Below, piece by piece: positions 61,038-64,000 of a stretch of 64,000 bases of DNA. The stretch is from Enoplolaimus lenunculus (Eukaryota): positions 1-64,000 of the forward strand of contig JASANG010002859.1 of the NCBI GenBank assembly GCA_030248215.1. The letters run 5' to 3'. Position 1 is the stretch's first letter. Each line of letters starts with the position of its first letter. Both the position numbers and the translations under genes were made by a program. Below the pieces are notes generated by a model. The model worked only from the letters and a program-made list of their open reading frames with translations, did not search any database and was not told where the DNA came from.

Positions 61038-62390
61038 GTCCTCAGCATATCGTTCGCGTTTTTGATTTGCCCTAATTCTGTAAAACGTTTGAGATTTACA
61101 ATTGCAGATGTTCGCTAGTTTGAAAACCTATCGTTGACTGGTTATAGGTGTTATACGCATTTGAGAATATGGACGGACCCAGGTGTGCATTTGCTCCAGT
61201 GGTGAAAACTTTGAATTAAAAATACTGTGTTTGCAAAATTTTCATTTTGAACTCAGGTACCGATATAAAAATGCTCAGAGAACCCAGGGGGTAAAACTGC
61301 ACCCGTTTGCACATACCTGCCGGATCCGACAAAGTTCACTGTTGCGAACCGAGTAATAGGAGGAATGACTTGTATCTAATTCACTTCCCTGGAACGCTTC
61401 ACCGGCGCTATTCGATTGCGGCTTATTTCTTTTTAATTCCAGTTCCGGTTATGCAAACCAGACAAGTTTAACTTTATGCCAGCCATTGTTGTGGCTTTAG
61501 TACTTTACGATATAGATATACTTGGAAGACTAAGGTAAACATTATACTTTGAGTACTAAACCAAATTCTGTACTGAACGTAACTTGGCCCAGGAAGCAAT
61601 TACGCAATTCAATTACGGTCACTGACGTTTACGGACTAATTAGTAATTTTGGAACTTATCCATTTACGGACTCCAATTAAGAAAATAGACTCCTATTAAG
61701 TTATTACTGAAAATAGACACCCTGGACTCTTATTACCTCTCCCTGGTATTCAAGTCACACAGTTGTCTGTAATGAAAGCGTCTTAATAAAAAACTAAAAA
61801 TCGAACTTTTTGCAGGCTCGTAGACAGCTCACGTTTTAAGGCGGAGCTAAAAAATTTTCAAAAGGGGCATACAAGGGTTTCCGTTGACCCACAAGCAGCG
61901 TGAACATTTTGTAAGGGCAAGGGGTGGCAAAATTTTTCCAGGGCGGCTGAGACCCCCTGTCTTACATTGGCTACAGCCCCGATGCTATATGGTTCAATTA
62001 ACCAATGAATGCGCTTCGATTTCGACAGACGCATCGCTTTCTATTACGCCAGGTGCTATACTTTAAGGGTTAACATAGAACTGATCGGATATGTGCCCTA
62101 TTGGCAACACCTGCGTGCTTAACGAACCATTAAATGAAACTATTGTATATATTACCTTTATTAATCTCACGTATTTTTTATGAGGATATTTTACCAGGCA
62201 AAGCATTCTGTTTCCGCCTTTCAACATTAACCTTTATAAACATTACGGTTGTATTTTTAGCCAGCGAATTTAAAACCTACAACGATGCTAATTACAATAC
62301 TGTATAATGTCTGAATCGTTAGCTGAACTAAAAAAGATAATTCATATTCCGCTGTGTCCGCATAATTCAGCGAGACAAAGACCAGGCGAT

Positions 62391-62592
62391 GGCCCATGTA
62401 TAGAACAGGGCCGGAACGGTAGTATAAGCATTTTCCTAAGCCTAAGCCTCAGCCTAAACCTAAGCCTAACCGTACGGATGAGCCTATTCCTAAGCCTAAG
62501 CCTAAGCCTAAGCAAAAAATTAGTGTAAATCTTAAACTGACTCTATTATAGTCCCTTCGGAAAACAATCCGGCCCTGTTGTATACATGGGCC
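62391..62592 (-). mobile_element. Telomere-repeat MITE with near-perfect 25-bp TIR
   Basis: GGCCCATGTATAGAACAGGGCCGGA ... TCCGGCCCTGTTGTATACATGGGCC; TSD 6/8 (CAGGCGAT/GAGGCCAT). Confidence 0.9.
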
Positions 62593-63600
62593 GAGGCCAT
62601 TATGTTCAAACGATTTGCAATTGTTTACAGTCTTATTTTAACATTTATTAATGGTATTTTAATTAGTACTGTTTTTTATATTTTTTACAAGATAACATTT
62701 CTAATAATTTTGAGAACTAAAATATCAAACAAAGGACGTTGTATATAACCGCAGGGTTCAACTTGATACTATTAAACAAATATAGCCAGTTTACGGATTT
62801 TTGACTCTGTTTGTCTAATAAGAAAATAACTTATTCTCAAATGTTTGTAGCATCTATTGCCAGTTTGTAATAAAGTTTGTGAACAATAACATCTTTTTCG
62901 TTTAAAAATGAAAACGGTTTCTCGATGAAATTGTACCAAATCTCTATATTAAAGCTGTAACGCCCCACAAACGTATTTTGGGCAAATTTCCACCATTACT
63001 TTGTTTTCAAAAATTTCTTAGGAAATACACGTGATTGTTTTTTGTTCCACGAACAGAAATTTGCATGAAAATTTTTGTGCTCTCAGTAACTTTGCGCATT
63101 GCGCAAAGCTGGCGGACTAGTATAGATTAATATAAACGTATGTGCTGAATATTTTAAAAGTGATAGCGGAAACACTTTAAATTAGGAATTTTATTCCGCC
63201 ATCTGGAGTCCACACTATCCTACGATCAATTTGAAATTTTTGCCACAACTCATGCAGGTAACGTAAACTTTAAAACAAAAGCAAAATGCGGTGAATCGAT
63301 GCAATGGTAACTGATTCGAAATTGACAAACATACGTCCGGAAAATCGTTAAAAACTGTACTATACGATTTCATTCTCAGAATTCAGAACTAAAGAATATT
63401 TGTCTCTCATGTCTAAAATTTATCCAATTTCAAAAATATACACTGCAAGAAATGGTGAACCAAATTGACTTTCTCCGAAATAGGCTTTTCTGAACTACAC
63501 AAACTGTCAGTCAAAATTCGACTCCGCCAGAATTAATTTCGACTCAACTGAGCGACTCGGGTGAGTCGAGTTTTCGCACTGGAGGAGTCGAATTTGACTC

Positions 63601-64000
63601 AATTTGTGTAGTCCCGAAAAGCCTATTTCCGAGAGGGTCAATTTAGCTCACCAGATTTTGCAGTGTACACGGAATTTAACACAATTTGTGTAGTCCCGAA
63701 AAGCCTATTTCCTAGAGAGTCAATTTAGCTCACCAGATTATGCAGCGTACAAGGAATTTGACACAATTTGTGTAGTCCGGAAAAGCCTATTACCGAAAGA
63801 GTCAACTTTAGCTCACCTGATTTTGCAGTGTACAAGGTATTTGACACATATTGTGTAGTCCGGAAAAGCCTATTTCCGAGAGGGTCAATTTAGCTCGCCA
63901 GATTTTGCAGTGTACACGGAATTTGACACATATTGTGTAGTCCGGAAAAGCATATTTCAGAGAGAGTCAATTTAGCTCACCAGGTTTTGCAGTGCACAAG
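63601..64000. repeat. 82-83-bp tandem array of the right end of the CACTG MITE at 63441-63665; about 5 copies visible, running off the window
   Basis: Unit AATTTGTGTAGTCCCGAAAAGCCTATTTCCGAGAGGGTCAATTTAGCTCACCAGATTTTGCAGTGTACACGGAATTTGACAC. Confidence 0.9.

Noticed and set aside
1..64000. Autonomous transposase for any of the MITE families
   Set aside because: No DDE transposase ORF is recognisable in the window, so superfamily calls rest only on termini and TSDs.

Overview
AT-rich eukaryotic genomic DNA, most likely a nematode: TTAGGC telomere-type hexamers, GT-AG introns with TTTTCAG/TTTTAG-like acceptors, and a nematode-like NHP2. The left 38 kb holds four protein genes. On the + strand are a spliced REXO5/Rex1-type DEDDh RNA exonuclease, an apparently intronless F-box/LRR gene and a long multi-exon TTF1/Reb1-like Myb-type gene with an internal two-exon duplication; NHP2 is on the - strand. 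There are also two LINE remnants and a tRNA-like sequence. The right 26 kb has no recognisable gene and is packed with non-autonomous DNA elements and three tandem arrays (48, 21 and about 82 bp units). The most striking signals are (1) about 25 copies of a GGCC-ended, 8-bp-TSD (Merlin-like) MITE whose core is TTAGGC repeat, (2) a TTAA-flanked piggyBac-like MITE carrying a tRNA-type Pol III promoter, and (3) satellites that arose from MITE termini. All exon models and family assignments were read by eye and need confirmation.
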